Origin: a virus
Taxonomy: Duplodnaviria; Caudoviricetes
IMG/VR virus record: IMGVR_UViG_3300032007_000060
Span: 1-64,000 of that record
DNA: 64,000 nucleotides
Direction: 5' to 3' (one strand)
Position 1 is the stretch's first letter, and every line of letters begins with the position of its first letter. The position numbers were made by a program, and so were the translations under genes. The notes beneath the pieces were generated by a model. That model was not told where the DNA came from and ran no database searches. It saw only the letters and a list, made by a program, of their open reading frames with translations. Below, in pieces: positions 10,378-20,253 of the stretch.

Positions 10378-11166
10378 TTATTCGAGAAGCTCAAGAGCTT
10401 CATCGAGATTATAGTTATATAATGCATTTGCAACTTTTGATGCAAGTGCTTTTTCATTAGAAGTAGAATTAAAATCATCATTTACAATAGCATCGAAATA
10501 ACTAGCAATATGGTCAACATCACCAGATAGAAATTCTTTTGCAGATACAAGAATGAATTCAGAATCAATTGCCATGTCCACAAGTTCATCAAGAACATTC
10601 ATTTCATAATTGTTATTCATTAACTCTTGTTCGTATTGAACAACAGAATTGAATATTCTATATTTTTCAAGTCTGATTTTATCAAGTTTTTGTAGATCAT
10701 CAGAAATAACTTGTGAGATTAAATCTCTAACTTGTTGTTCTACTGATTCTCTCACTTCTTCTTCAAAATCAAAGTCTTCAAGGCAACCTTGAATACAACA
10801 GTTGATACGATTGTCTCCGTATTCATCAACCATTTCTTCATCAAAGTGTCCACCACAGCGGTCATCTTCTGATTCAATCCAGAATGGGCAGTCACCATTT
10901 TCATGACATTTGCAGTCAATTTGACCGCTTTCACCTTGAGGTAATCTGTAGATTTCAATTAAGTGGTTTTCAGGGTTTTCAATAGTTCCAGTAGTATATG
11001 AACCAGTAACCATTTTTCCGTTGTCTGCATCCCATAATGCGCAACCATCTGTCATTTGACTTTGACCTGCTACTGCAAGTTGTAATATTTTTGAGTTTTC
11101 TGTATTAAATATCATTTTTATACCTCGAATCATTTTTTTGATGAGATGAGTTTTCATCTCAGTCAT
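10378..11166 (-). CDS. Hypothetical acidic protein with a Cys cluster
   Basis: ORF track; CKCH..CPF..CGG..CCIQGC; TATA-like TTTATAT upstream at about 11187-11193. Confidence 0.65.
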   Translation of the reverse strand: MTEMKTHLIKKMIRGIKMIFNTENSKILQLAVAGQSQMTDGCALWDADNGKMVTGSYTTGTIENPENHLIEIYRLPQGESGQIDCKCHENGDCPFWIESEDDRCGGHFDEEMVDEYGDNRINCCIQGCLEDFDFEEEVRESVEQQVRDLISQVISDDLQKLDKIRLEKYRIFNSVVQYEQELMNNNYEMNVLDELVDMAIDSEFILVSAKEFLSGDVDHIASYFDAIVNDDFNSTSNEKALASKVANALYNYNLDEALELLE

Positions 11167-11211
11167 ACTTATATTAGTCTTACTCCTATATAAACTTAAC
11201 TGTTTGGATAT

Positions 11212-11247
11212 AAAAAAAATAAAAAAAGATTAGTTAAAAACTAATCT
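11212..11247 (-). terminator. Hairpin plus T-tract closing the Cas operon
   Basis: 8-bp stem AGATTAGT/ACTAATCT followed on the minus strand by a long T run. Confidence 0.65.
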
Positions 11248-12050
11248 TTACCTTTACTATCCATAGTATCACCTCCCTTTAATTTATCAATCCTAGTCCA
11301 CCATTTTTCACCCACATAAGACTGTTCATTAGCTTCATCAGATAAAATAATTTTATCAAAAAAATATGATCCACCAACATCAAGATTATTCTCATTAAAC
11401 AAACTAGTAAAACGAGCATTCTCATAACCATAAATCTTTGCATATTCATCATAATGACTAATGTAATACAAATCATTTGTAATAATATAACTCCAAATAT
11501 CATCAACAGTCAAATGTCTAATTGGAAATGCCACTCTTCTTTGACCTTCAATTCTAATCAAAGGCCCTTTCACACGATGTTTACGAGTAATAGATTCGGA
11601 ACCACGTATACCTAATAATTCTAAATCACAATCCTTTTTTTTCATGAAATCAAATAGCATTGGAAAATAATCCCCAATCAAATATTTTTCACCATTCCAA
11701 AAAGGAGTATTAACAACAGTTAAATCCATTGCTCCAGCTATTTCCGCACTTCTCATTAATTCATTATGAGTTTTTTGAGTACGATACTGCTGCTTACAAT
11801 ACTTCCCATAACCAGGATGAAAATTAAAAATAGGAATAGTATTATCCTGCTGCATAACCATATGCAACAAAACAAGACTATCTTTCCCTCCAGAATATTC
11901 AATTACAGGATTATATTTTGAATTAATGATCTCAGAAACATTCTCTTTAGCTAATTTAATATTATCATTATACGATTTATGTTTACTATGCATTTCATAT
12001 GTTCTGCGAGTTCTACGAGGCATATTATTATCAGGATGCAAAATTATCAC
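11241..12050 (-). CDS. cysH: CysH/PAPS-reductase-like PP-loop protein (type IV-B accessory)
   Basis: EYSGGKDSLVLLHM, LGIRGSESITRKHR, FPIRHLTVDDIWSYI. Confidence 0.88.
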   Translation of the reverse strand: MIILHPDNNMPRRTRRTYEMHSKHKSYNDNIKLAKENVSEIINSKYNPVIEYSGGKDSLVLLHMVMQQDNTIPIFNFHPGYGKYCKQQYRTQKTHNELMRSAEIAGAMDLTVVNTPFWNGEKYLIGDYFPMLFDFMKKKDCDLELLGIRGSESITRKHRVKGPLIRIEGQRRVAFPIRHLTVDDIWSYIITNDLYYISHYDEYAKIYGYENARFTSLFNENNLDVGGSYFFDKIILSDEANEQSYVGEKWWTRIDKLKGGDTMDSKGKD

Positions 12051-12745
12051 CTTACATTATTCAAGAAACCCATACCAGTACTGTTCTTTTCACCCAAACC
12101 AGATTCATAAATGAATTCATAAAATTTACGATTATCTTTAGTAATATTGCAAGTTAAATTACTCCATAAACTACCTATAAGTAGAAATTTATGATTATAT
12201 CTTTCAAAATTCATAGCAACTTCACGTTTGAAACTAAATGAATCAAATAATGGTTCTTCAAGGTAATATTCATCATCATAAAAAGCATTATATTTTTTTA
12301 ATGCATTTTCTTTCAATCGATTGAAAAACCAATTATAATTGATATCATCATTTTTAAAACTATAACAATGATTATTCATTGTTTGATTATGAAATAAAAT
12401 AATAGGTGTACTTGTTTTAAAATAATTAAATTTTTTAGGAATATTAATTAATTTAGAATTTATTAAAACATACTTTTCATCACCTAATCTTAGATTATCA
12501 ATTGTTTTCAATTTATAATATATTGTTTTAATTAATTTAGGATTAGGAGAGCTTACTATTAAGTTATACTCATTATTGCTCATGAAAACATTACTAAAAC
12601 AAAAGAATTTAAACCCTTTTGTATCATGCAAATAATGAAAACGTGAGTCTTTTAATAAAGAATAAATAAACCCTTGGATTTCAAATTTACCAATTTTAAA
12701 AGGATTTAAATTTTTACTATTGTGGAATTTTAATAATAATCTCAT
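12047..12745 (-). CDS. cas6: Cas6 crRNA-processing endoribonuclease
   Basis: QGFIYSLL..LHDTKGFKFFCFS, TSTPII, C-terminal G-rich loop SGLGEKNSTGMGF. Confidence 0.9.
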   Translation of the reverse strand: MRLLLKFHNSKNLNPFKIGKFEIQGFIYSLLKDSRFHYLHDTKGFKFFCFSNVFMSNNEYNLIVSSPNPKLIKTIYYKLKTIDNLRLGDEKYVLINSKLINIPKKFNYFKTSTPIILFHNQTMNNHCYSFKNDDINYNWFFNRLKENALKKYNAFYDDEYYLEEPLFDSFSFKREVAMNFERYNHKFLLIGSLWSNLTCNITKDNRKFYEFIYESGLGEKNSTGMGFLNNVR

Positions 12746-12751
12746 AAAAAA

Positions 12752-13480
12752 TCACAATTTAATCTGATTTTCTGGAACAATACACATACAAACATTATTT
12801 TTATCCCAATATGGTGGTTTGTATGGTTGCTTTTGGAATATCATACCTTCAAATACTGGAACATCCATTGTTGCAGGGATAGGCCTCATTATGTGATTTT
12901 CTTTGAAGAAACTATAATCTTCATTTGTTTCAGTAATAGTGATGTTTCTAATACGGCCACTACCAATACTTGTTTTCTTACCAATACTTGTTAAATGGGA
13001 TAATAATCTTTCTAATTCTTTCTTATCTCCGTTACAGTAAAAAGTAATTGTATCAGTTATAAGTATTGGCAGATTTATCATGAAATCTTTGAAATGACCT
13101 TGATTTGTTTTTATCCTACCTTTTTGTTGCCTATGAGTTAATTTATGAGTTTCTTTGTCAGTAAATCGTTTGTAAATAGTATCACGATATAATTTTACAT
13201 TATCTGCGTATATTCCTACACTTGAATGATAAACATCACTTGTTCTTTTCAAAGGCAGATCCAACAATGAAACATCTATAGTTTCCTCAGTGGGCATGCA
13301 GTAAAACAAATCACCTACTGCATCACGTAAACATAAATAACTTAATATACTATCTAAATGCAGCCAAGGACTTGCAATATAAATTGGAGGGATTACATCC
13401 ATTACAATTTGTAATGGAGTATAATCATCCCCAGTTTCATAATCCAATATTCTTTGAAGGATTTGTTTTTTTATTTCCAT
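12752..13480 (-). CDS. csf3: Csf3 (Cas5 family), type IV
   Basis: LHLDSILSY, LPLKR, QGHFK..INLP, FYCNGDKKELERLL..LTSIGKKTSIGSGRI. Confidence 0.85.
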   Translation of the reverse strand: MEIKKQILQRILDYETGDDYTPLQIVMDVIPPIYIASPWLHLDSILSYLCLRDAVGDLFYCMPTEETIDVSLLDLPLKRTSDVYHSSVGIYADNVKLYRDTIYKRFTDKETHKLTHRQQKGRIKTNQGHFKDFMINLPILITDTITFYCNGDKKELERLLSHLTSIGKKTSIGSGRIRNITITETNEDYSFFKENHIMRPIPATMDVPVFEGMIFQKQPYKPPYWDKNNVCMCIVPENQIKL

Positions 13481-14319
13481 ATTTTCACTAACTCATCAAG
13501 CAAATTACACATTTCTTCCTTGCGTTCATGAATATAATCAAGATAAGCAGTATCAGTTAACTCCTCAACACCCGGATAATCTAATTTAACTTTACCATAT
13601 CCAGTACCAGATTTTCCCCCAAGATAAGGTCTTTCCTCCCATAAACTAATCATTCTACGGAAGCAAGCCTTTTCAATACTATTACAGTCTTCTAAAATAA
13701 ACTCATGAGTAAATTTGGTACCTCTAATCAATGTTTCAAATTCATATTTCATCTGATGTGCCTGTTCATCATCATCACTCTTACCTTCTTTCAGATCATC
13801 TAACCTTGTTCCAAAATCACTACCTTTAAGATTATATGCACTAAAATCATAATCACTATATTCTTCAATGTAATGTTTTGTTTCAGCACATACAATATCT
13901 CCCATTCCGACTTTTAGTTTTCCTTGAATCATCTGATTTCCTAAAGCAGAACCAACAAGACTGATTGGTGGGATTAATTCACGGATTTGTTTTTTTAGAG
14001 TTAAGTTAATAGCGCCTTTATCTTTACTATCCAATGCTTCAAGAATTCCTCCAGTAAATAAAAAATGATAAACCTTTTTTGAGTCTAATTCATAATCCAA
14101 TAATGTTAAATAATCATCCATAACCAATCTACGAAGATATCCTCTTATAGCATTACCATGTATTGCAGGAATGTTATCTATTTCCTCATTATTAGTTAAA
14201 GGATTAATAATTACTGTTGGTAAAGTTAAAATTAATTTTGTAGTTCCATAATCTTCGCTACCTCCATGATGTATTGGAGATAAAGCAGTTAAATTTCCTT
14301 TAAATCTTAAAGTTTCCAT
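13471..14319 (-). CDS. csf2: Csf2 (Cas7 family) backbone, type IV
   Basis: TALSPIHHG, PAIHGNAIRGYLRR, FLFTGG, PPISLVGSA, GKLKVG, LGGKSGTGYGKV. Confidence 0.93.
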   Translation of the reverse strand: METLRFKGNLTALSPIHHGGSEDYGTTKLILTLPTVIINPLTNNEEIDNIPAIHGNAIRGYLRRLVMDDYLTLLDYELDSKKVYHFLFTGGILEALDSKDKGAINLTLKKQIRELIPPISLVGSALGNQMIQGKLKVGMGDIVCAETKHYIEEYSDYDFSAYNLKGSDFGTRLDDLKEGKSDDDEQAHQMKYEFETLIRGTKFTHEFILEDCNSIEKACFRRMISLWEERPYLGGKSGTGYGKVKLDYPGVEELTDTAYLDYIHERKEEMCNLLDELVKIWK

Positions 14320-14336
14320 TTTAAATACGCTCCATA

Positions 14337-14756
14337 TTACATTAATGTTTTTTGACCTGTTTTAGCTAATTTTTCTTGTTTTTTAATTTCATCTACTGTT
14401 TCTAATGCAAAATTTGCAAGATATGTTGATTCTTTACGAAGTAACATCATAGTAATATTAAGATGATCTTCTAAAAATTGAACAATTTCTGTTTCAATAT
14501 TTACAAATTCAACATTTAATTTCTTTGTGAACACATCTAAAAATTCTTTGAAGTTTCTAGCATTACTACTTGCACGTATTCTATCAACAAAGAATTTATG
14601 TGCAGATTTTACACCCATCTTCCGCCATGGAATTCTCATATAACATTTAGCTAAACAATAAGCTAATTTATTTTCAACTTCCATTTCTAATTGTTCTTGT
14701 TCAGAATATTCTTCTTTCAATTTTATCAATCCTCCAAATATAATGCTAAATCCCAT
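14337..14756 (-). CDS. cas11: Cas11-like small subunit (type IV-B)
   Basis: Small all-helical protein between csf1 and csf2, the canonical IV-B position. Confidence 0.7.
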   Translation of the reverse strand: MGFSIIFGGLIKLKEEYSEQEQLEMEVENKLAYCLAKCYMRIPWRKMGVKSAHKFFVDRIRASSNARNFKEFLDVFTKKLNVEFVNIETEIVQFLEDHLNITMMLLRKESTYLANFALETVDEIKKQEKLAKTGQKTLM

Positions 14757-15370
14757 ATTGGATTATTTGCATTATTTTTTATAGATTTTACATAATTTCT
14801 GGCAATATGTTTATTGAATGTTGAAGTTAATTTACGATAATGGTGCATTTCTAATTGACCAGTTTCTAAAACAGTTTTAGGGATTTTTAAATCTCTTAAT
14901 TGTTTTATAAACTTCATTATTTCAGTTAATGTATTTAAATTAACTCTCACAATATCATAATCAATTAAAAAGTTAATTTCACCTTTATTGTTTTCATTAT
15001 ACACTTCATTCATTCTTATCCAACCAATTTTTTGCCAAGTTTTAGTTAGATAAATATAAAATGGTTTGTTCGGTAAATTCAATACAATATCTTTTGCTTC
15101 TTTCTTTTTGAATTTAATTAATTCATCTTCTGTTAAAAGGAACATTGTTCTACGATATTCATTACTATTTTTGACAAGGTAATTACATTCAGGGCAAATT
15201 ACTTCCCCATGACTTATATAATCTGCACATGTAAAATTTCCACTAAATTTCTTCTTAAAACCAGTTGTTGTATGTTTTTGACATATACAACAATCCCCTT
15301 CTAATTCTCCAAGGTCAGGAGTAATTTCTAATGTTTTACATAACATTTCACTGAAATTCATTTTCATCAC
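14726..15370 (-). CDS. csf1: Csf1 (Cas8-like, Zn finger) large subunit
   Basis: CCICQ...FTCADY..ICPEC; PNKPFYIYLT..QK; first gene of the effector operon. Confidence 0.78.
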   Translation of the reverse strand: MMKMNFSEMLCKTLEITPDLGELEGDCCICQKHTTTGFKKKFSGNFTCADYISHGEVICPECNYLVKNSNEYRRTMFLLTEDELIKFKKKEAKDIVLNLPNKPFYIYLTKTWQKIGWIRMNEVYNENNKGEINFLIDYDIVRVNLNTLTEIMKFIKQLRDLKIPKTVLETGQLEMHHYRKLTSTFNKHIARNYVKSIKNNANNPIWDLALYLED

Positions 15371-15392
15371 ATTTTTATGAATAAATTATTCA

Positions 15393-15477
15393 CGGAAGGT
15401 GAGGGATTTGAACCCTCGAGTGTTTTACCACACAGGATTAGCAGTCCTGCTCTCTAACCAGACTAAGACAACCCTCC
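15393..15477 (-). tRNA. tRNA-Ser(GCT)
   Basis: Acceptor GGAGGGT/ACCTTCC, anticodon arm CAGGA-CTGCTAA-TCCTG, long variable arm, T arm GAGGGTTCAAATCCCTC, G73; CCA not encoded. Confidence 0.93.
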
Positions 15478-15490
15478 AGTTGAAATTAAA

Positions 15491-15567
15491 AGGTTGGTAA
15501 GGGATTTGAACCCTTGTTTTGAGGCTTACAAGACCCCCGCCTTAAACCCAGACTAGACTAACCAACC
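15491..15567 (-). tRNA. tRNA-Thr(TGT)
   Basis: Acceptor GGTTGGT/ACCAACC, anticodon arm GGGGT-CTTGTAA-GCCTC, T arm AAGGGTTCAAATCCCTT, U73. Confidence 0.85.
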
Positions 15568-15583
15568 ATAAAAAATATAAAAA

Positions 15584-16021
15584 TTAGGATAATGTTTTAA
15601 CCATTTTAACATTATCCAAATTAATAGATTTCTCAGTAACAAAAACTTTTTTCTTTTTAAATTCCTCTTCATTAATAATTAAAATATAATTATCATCAAT
15701 CGTACACATATCATCTTTTTTAACTGTATAACTTGAATCATCCAAGAATATGAATTCAGTATCACATTTACCATGATTTACGTTTAAAATTTCAAAAGCA
15801 GGATGTTCTTTAAATTGGATTAAATTAAACAATTGCTTATTTAATTCAGATAAACATTCCACATAATGTTCATATTTGTCCAATACTTCTCTTACATAGT
15901 CATCTTGTTTATTTTGTTCTAATTCAGAGATTATTTTTTCATAATCTTCAATTTTATTCTGAATTACTCTATGAACTTCTTTTATATCCATTTTAGAATC
16001 CTCCATTATAATTTTTTCCAA
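15584..16021 (-). CDS. Hypothetical protein (N-terminal coiled coil)
   Basis: ORF track. Confidence 0.6.
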   Translation of the reverse strand: MEKIIMEDSKMDIKEVHRVIQNKIEDYEKIISELEQNKQDDYVREVLDKYEHYVECLSELNKQLFNLIQFKEHPAFEILNVNHGKCDTEFIFLDDSSYTVKKDDMCTIDDNYILIINEEEFKKKKVFVTEKSINLDNVKMVKTLS

Positions 16022-16662
16022 ATTAAACCCTTTTCTTCAACCTTTCGTTGTAACTCATTAATATCTTTACTTGCAATACTGACTCGTTTACCATCTTCAT
16101 TATAATACTGATATCTCCACAGAAAACCTTGTTCAACCTTTTTTGATTTCTGTTTATTGACCCTGAAGTAACCAGAACTATTTCTATCTAAAGACATTTC
16201 CATTTTCTTTTCTAAGGAATGACGTCGCCCATACATTGGATTATTTTCACCAGAGCAATCATAATGATTTTTAGACATTAATCTTTTACTATTAACTGTA
16301 CGTTTTTGTCCTTTATTGGCTTTAGATATTTTTTTTCTAGTTTCTTCTGAAACTAGGTGCCCTTTTCTCATTTTACTAAAATTTTTTTTAGTTTCATCAG
16401 AATGTTTCATTCCTATATGATGCAATGTTGAATGTTCTCCTCGAGACATTAATATTAAATTATCAATATCATTATTGAGTTTATTCCCATCTTTATGATG
16501 GATAATACTGTCTTCTGGAATCTCAATATTATGATGATCTTCAAAAATCAATCTATGTAGCATTTTTCCATGGTTACCTTCTTTTTTTGAAGAAATCCTG
16601 TAATATCCTGAATTACATATTTTTGCATTTCCGAATTTAGTTTTCAGAACACCAACGGTCAT
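16006..16662 (-). CDS. HNH endonuclease with NUMOD3 repeats
   Basis: MLHRLIF..IIHHKDGNKLNNDIDNLILM..EHSTLH; HSDETKKNFS, VSEETRKKIS, NPMYGRRHS. Confidence 0.88.
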   Translation of the reverse strand: MTVGVLKTKFGNAKICNSGYYRISSKKEGNHGKMLHRLIFEDHHNIEIPEDSIIHHKDGNKLNNDIDNLILMSRGEHSTLHHIGMKHSDETKKNFSKMRKGHLVSEETRKKISKANKGQKRTVNSKRLMSKNHYDCSGENNPMYGRRHSLEKKMEMSLDRNSSGYFRVNKQKSKKVEQGFLWRYQYYNEDGKRVSIASKDINELQRKVEEKGLIWKKL

Positions 16663-16686
16663 TTTTTTAACCCCTTTTGTTACTTT

Positions 16687-16929
16687 TTATTCTACATCCT
16701 CTTTATCAGGATTATTTAATAATTTAATGTATTCTTCATTTGTGTTGAGTGATTCAAAGATGGAATTTATTATTTTTTCGTCTAATTCACTATTTCCAGT
16801 TGAGACAGTTATGAGAGTAAGCCATTCTGGGAATGATCTCTTATAAGTTCCATCAATGTCAATTATAGATAATCCATCCTTCCTATAATTTGGAACAATT
16901 TTAAGTCTATCTATTTTCATAGTTTCCAT
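16687..16929 (-). CDS. Hypothetical protein
   Basis: ORF track. Confidence 0.5.
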   Translation of the reverse strand: METMKIDRLKIVPNYRKDGLSIIDIDGTYKRSFPEWLTLITVSTGNSELDEKIINSIFESLNTNEEYIKLLNNPDKEDVE

Positions 16930-16933
16930 ACTT

Positions 16934-17440
16934 TTATTCCTCCGTATTTAATTCCTCAGCATTTGATACTTCAACAATATCATCCAACATTTTCACAGTA
17001 TTAAAATAAGCTCTGATGAGAATAGATGGGTCACTTAAATTCAAATATTCTGGAGTTACTCTTCCAAAACGACCTTTTCCAGCCATAACACAATCTGCTA
17101 TCATTTCAAAAACATCAATTAATGTTACATCTAATGGGCAATCTGCATTTAAATGATGTCTTTCTTCATAGATGTGTTTCTGATACCATGGTCTTTTTTT
17201 GAAGTCTTCATCTGTGTGTTCTGATAGAACGTCTTCAGCGTATTGGTCAAAATAGGATATTTTTGTCCAATCATGTTTTAAACCGGCTTCATGAAGTTTT
17301 TCTGCAAAAAAATCCATTCCTTTTTGAACATCTTTAAGATGTTCTTCGGTATCGTCGTATAGTTTGTCTTTGGTTAGGTCATCCGGTGCTGTTCTTGAAT
17401 CAGCATATTGCGTATTTTTGATGATTATTTTATCTGTCAT
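16934..17440 (-). CDS. HD-superfamily-like protein (DUF5662-like)
   Basis: H...KHDWTK...H...RHH...DVFEMIADCVMAG metal-binding pattern. Confidence 0.6.
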   Translation of the reverse strand: MTDKIIIKNTQYADSRTAPDDLTKDKLYDDTEEHLKDVQKGMDFFAEKLHEAGLKHDWTKISYFDQYAEDVLSEHTDEDFKKRPWYQKHIYEERHHLNADCPLDVTLIDVFEMIADCVMAGKGRFGRVTPEYLNLSDPSILIRAYFNTVKMLDDIVEVSNAEELNTEE

Positions 17441-17467
17441 AGATTATTCTATGGTGCTGGTTTTATG

Positions 17468-17480
17468 GTATTGTAACAAA
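17468..17480 (-). promoter_or_regulatory. Conserved virus promoter motif TTTGTTACAATAC (copy 2), heading the tRNA/Cas operon
   Basis: Exact 13-mer, 28 nt upstream of the ATG at 17440. Confidence 0.65.
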
Positions 17481-17531
17481 AAAAGTAGGGTTTTAGATGA
17501 ATGGATCATTATCCATTCAATTCAGAAATTC

Positions 17532-19564
17532 TCATAAAAAAATCTCCACCTTAAAATCATCAGGAACCTCATTATCCCAATCCTCCTTAAAATTATCAAA
17601 CCAAGTTGAATTAAAACCTTTAATAACATCACACATATACAAATCATTACACATATCCATTACTTGGTAAAGTTTTAAACCATTTAAACCCACATCAATT
17701 AAACTATAATAATCATTCCAACATTTATTACACACTAGCTCATAATACTTTGAATATAATACAAATAAATCCCAATATTCATAATTTACACAAGACTCAT
17801 TACTCATTTCTTCAAAATGATTATTCATTGTTAAATAGAAAGGACAATGATAATATATTAACTCATCAGTATAACGATTAAACTCTGCTCTATGCAACCT
17901 ATCATCAGCTTGACCCAATAACTTTAACACTCCCTCCAAACAAGAAAGAATATTCTTACACATAGAATGATTTAGTAATTGCTTTTTCTTAATATCAACA
18001 AGACCTTTTGGAATATTATTCAAAGTTAATCTATTGAATATTTCATTAACTTTCTGAGTATAATCCCCAGTATCCTTGGGTTCTTCCTTAACGTATACTC
18101 TTTGATAATCATCATTCATTCTTAATCATCACTCCAAAAATTTTCTCTATATTTTCTTCTAAATTCAATACATGCTTGATCTATTAAATATTCTAAATGT
18201 TCTTGTTTGAAATATTCCAAGTCTCTGATAAACTTTTCAACAGGACTATTGTTGACTGTTATTGTTATCTGCATATATTTCATCTCGGAATTCTTCTAAA
18301 GCTGTTTTTTTAATCCAATTATGTTTGCTTCCACAACCGCATGCTGATAATTCATATTCTTCAGATTTGGTTTCGTATTCTTTGATTTTACCTTCAAGTT
18401 TTGCTTTGATGTCAATGTAATTATCAATTAGCTCTTGTTGTTTTTCAATAGTTTCTTTTTGCCTGTTGTTCCGTTCTTGTAAGTTATTATTTTCAAATTT
18501 TAAATCTTTAATATCTTGATGTAATGCCTTAATATGATTATTTAAATAGTTTATTTCACTGATAGCATCGTCTCTTCTTTTTTTAAGTTGGTTTGTTTGT
18601 CTTTGATAATATTCAAGTTTTTCTTCACAATTCATTTCATCTATATTCATTTAAATAACTCCATTCCATACCTATGATGATTTTTTTATGGATAAACCTT
18701 TTTTTCTAAACATTCTTTATATTGACTTACATTATGAAATCCAAATTGAAAAAAGAGTAAGCACATGTCATTCATACTGACATAATGCTCACAATCTTCA
18801 TGAACATTATTTTTCCCCATAATATTCCTTCCTCATTCTTTCCATATCATTTAAAATTCTTTGATTTGATGCTTCTGGACTTAAATCTTTTTTAAAATCT
18901 GCACAATTTAACTGATAATTCCTTTCATGTTCCAATGCTTTTCTAAAAAAATCTGGTGAAATATTATCATATTTTTTGTAAGGTATGTTTTTAATAATCC
19001 ATTCAATAGCCATTTTTGGAGTAATTGTATTGGCGGTATCAGGTCCTATTTCATCTGCAGCTATAATGCATACTCTTCCATCGAACATATCGTCCGCATG
19101 ATATTTGACTATGTCTAAAAAATTATTAAATGTAGATTTTGATACGTGTCCTCCGCAGTTAATTTCTAATAATACTTTTTTGAAGCTCATAATAAGTCTC
19201 CGTTATATTCACCGAGTTTTTTTAATTTTTGTTTTAATTCAAAGTTTTCTTTTTCAAAATTATGAATATAGTTACTTGCTTTGTCAGGTGATCTGCATAG
19301 TTCAGTGACTTCTTTTTCAATATCAGCATAATTTAAATTCATACTTTTCCATGTTAATTCTGTTAATTTCATGGTTAGTACACGATTTTCCATTTTTAAA
19401 TGTCTGTTCACTGCTTTTAATTCTATGCTATGGATTAAATCGTTTTGTGTTCTTGTTGCTTCTATTTCCAGCATGTTTAGGATGCCACATATTTCTTCTA
19501 ATGAGCATGTTTTGTCTGTGAATCTGTTTTTAATTTCGTTATTTTCAACATAATATTGGTTCAT
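17532..19564 (-). other. Cluster of small hypothetical genes (17532-18119, 18246-18650, 18807-19190, 19187-19564)
   Basis: Co-oriented, tightly packed ORFs with RBS-like GGAG/GGTG; no recognisable domains. Confidence 0.6.
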
Positions 19565-20253
19565 TCTAATTCAACTCCCAATTCCTCTGCAATATCCTTA
19601 ATACTTATTCTTAATACATCATATGCTTCATATACTATTATATCATCTATATTTTCATTCATTTGTTGTATTGCATAATTGTAATGTTTTTTCAATTGTT
19701 CAGCAGTATCTAAACGATACTGAGCATCTCCATCCATAACTTCTTTGAGTAAATCACTTCTATCATGTAATCTGTTAAATTCATTGCACACTTCCTTTGC
19801 CTGAGGATATGTTTCAATCCAAATAGGTTCCAGGATATTTAGATTATCATGAATATGCTCATCATCAATGTAAAATCTATTTTTAGTTTTATCGGGTTCA
19901 TCCAAATAGATTATGTGAACTCCATATGCTTTTGCAATATTATACTCTAATCTACAGCCTCTTGCATTTTCCCAACCGAAACCCATAGCAAGAACATCTG
20001 CCATACTCATAAAGAATATTGATTCGCTGAAACATTCTAATTCAGATTTTTCTTCAGGATTTTCAATAACGGAAGATATTATTTCACAATTATCTTCGTA
20101 TTTGTCAAATAATAGGTTTACCATTTCTTTTTCTTCTTTTTCAATTTCTTCTCTTGTTTTTCCTTTCATTGGTCTTGAAAGCATTATTTTTATTTTTTCA
20201 GTCATAATCCCAATCCTCCCATATATATTCTCTCGCATGTCTTCTTCTTTCAT
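19561..20253 (-). CDS. DUF4406-like (nucleoside deoxyribosyltransferase fold) protein
   Basis: IMLSRPMKG...ADVLAMGFGWENARGCRLEYNIAK; likely start MTEKIK at 20205. Confidence 0.7.
   Translation of the reverse strand: MKEEDMRENIYGRIGIMTEKIKIMLSRPMKGKTREEIEKEEKEMVNLLFDKYEDNCEIISSVIENPEEKSELECFSESIFFMSMADVLAMGFGWENARGCRLEYNIAKAYGVHIIYLDEPDKTKNRFYIDDEHIHDNLNILEPIWIETYPQAKEVCNEFNRLHDRSDLLKEVMDGDAQYRLDTAEQLKKHYNYAIQQMNENIDDIIVYEAYDVLRISIKDIAEELGVELE

Noticed and set aside
15478-15490. Inter-tRNA spacer containing GTTGAAAT, like a CRISPR repeat 3' handle
   Set aside because: The handle-like orientation is on the non-transcribed strand and the match is too short to be significant
15393-15567. tRNA 3' ends as provirus attachment sites
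   Set aside because: No duplicated tRNA 3' fragment was found elsewhere in the window, and the flanks on both sides are viral
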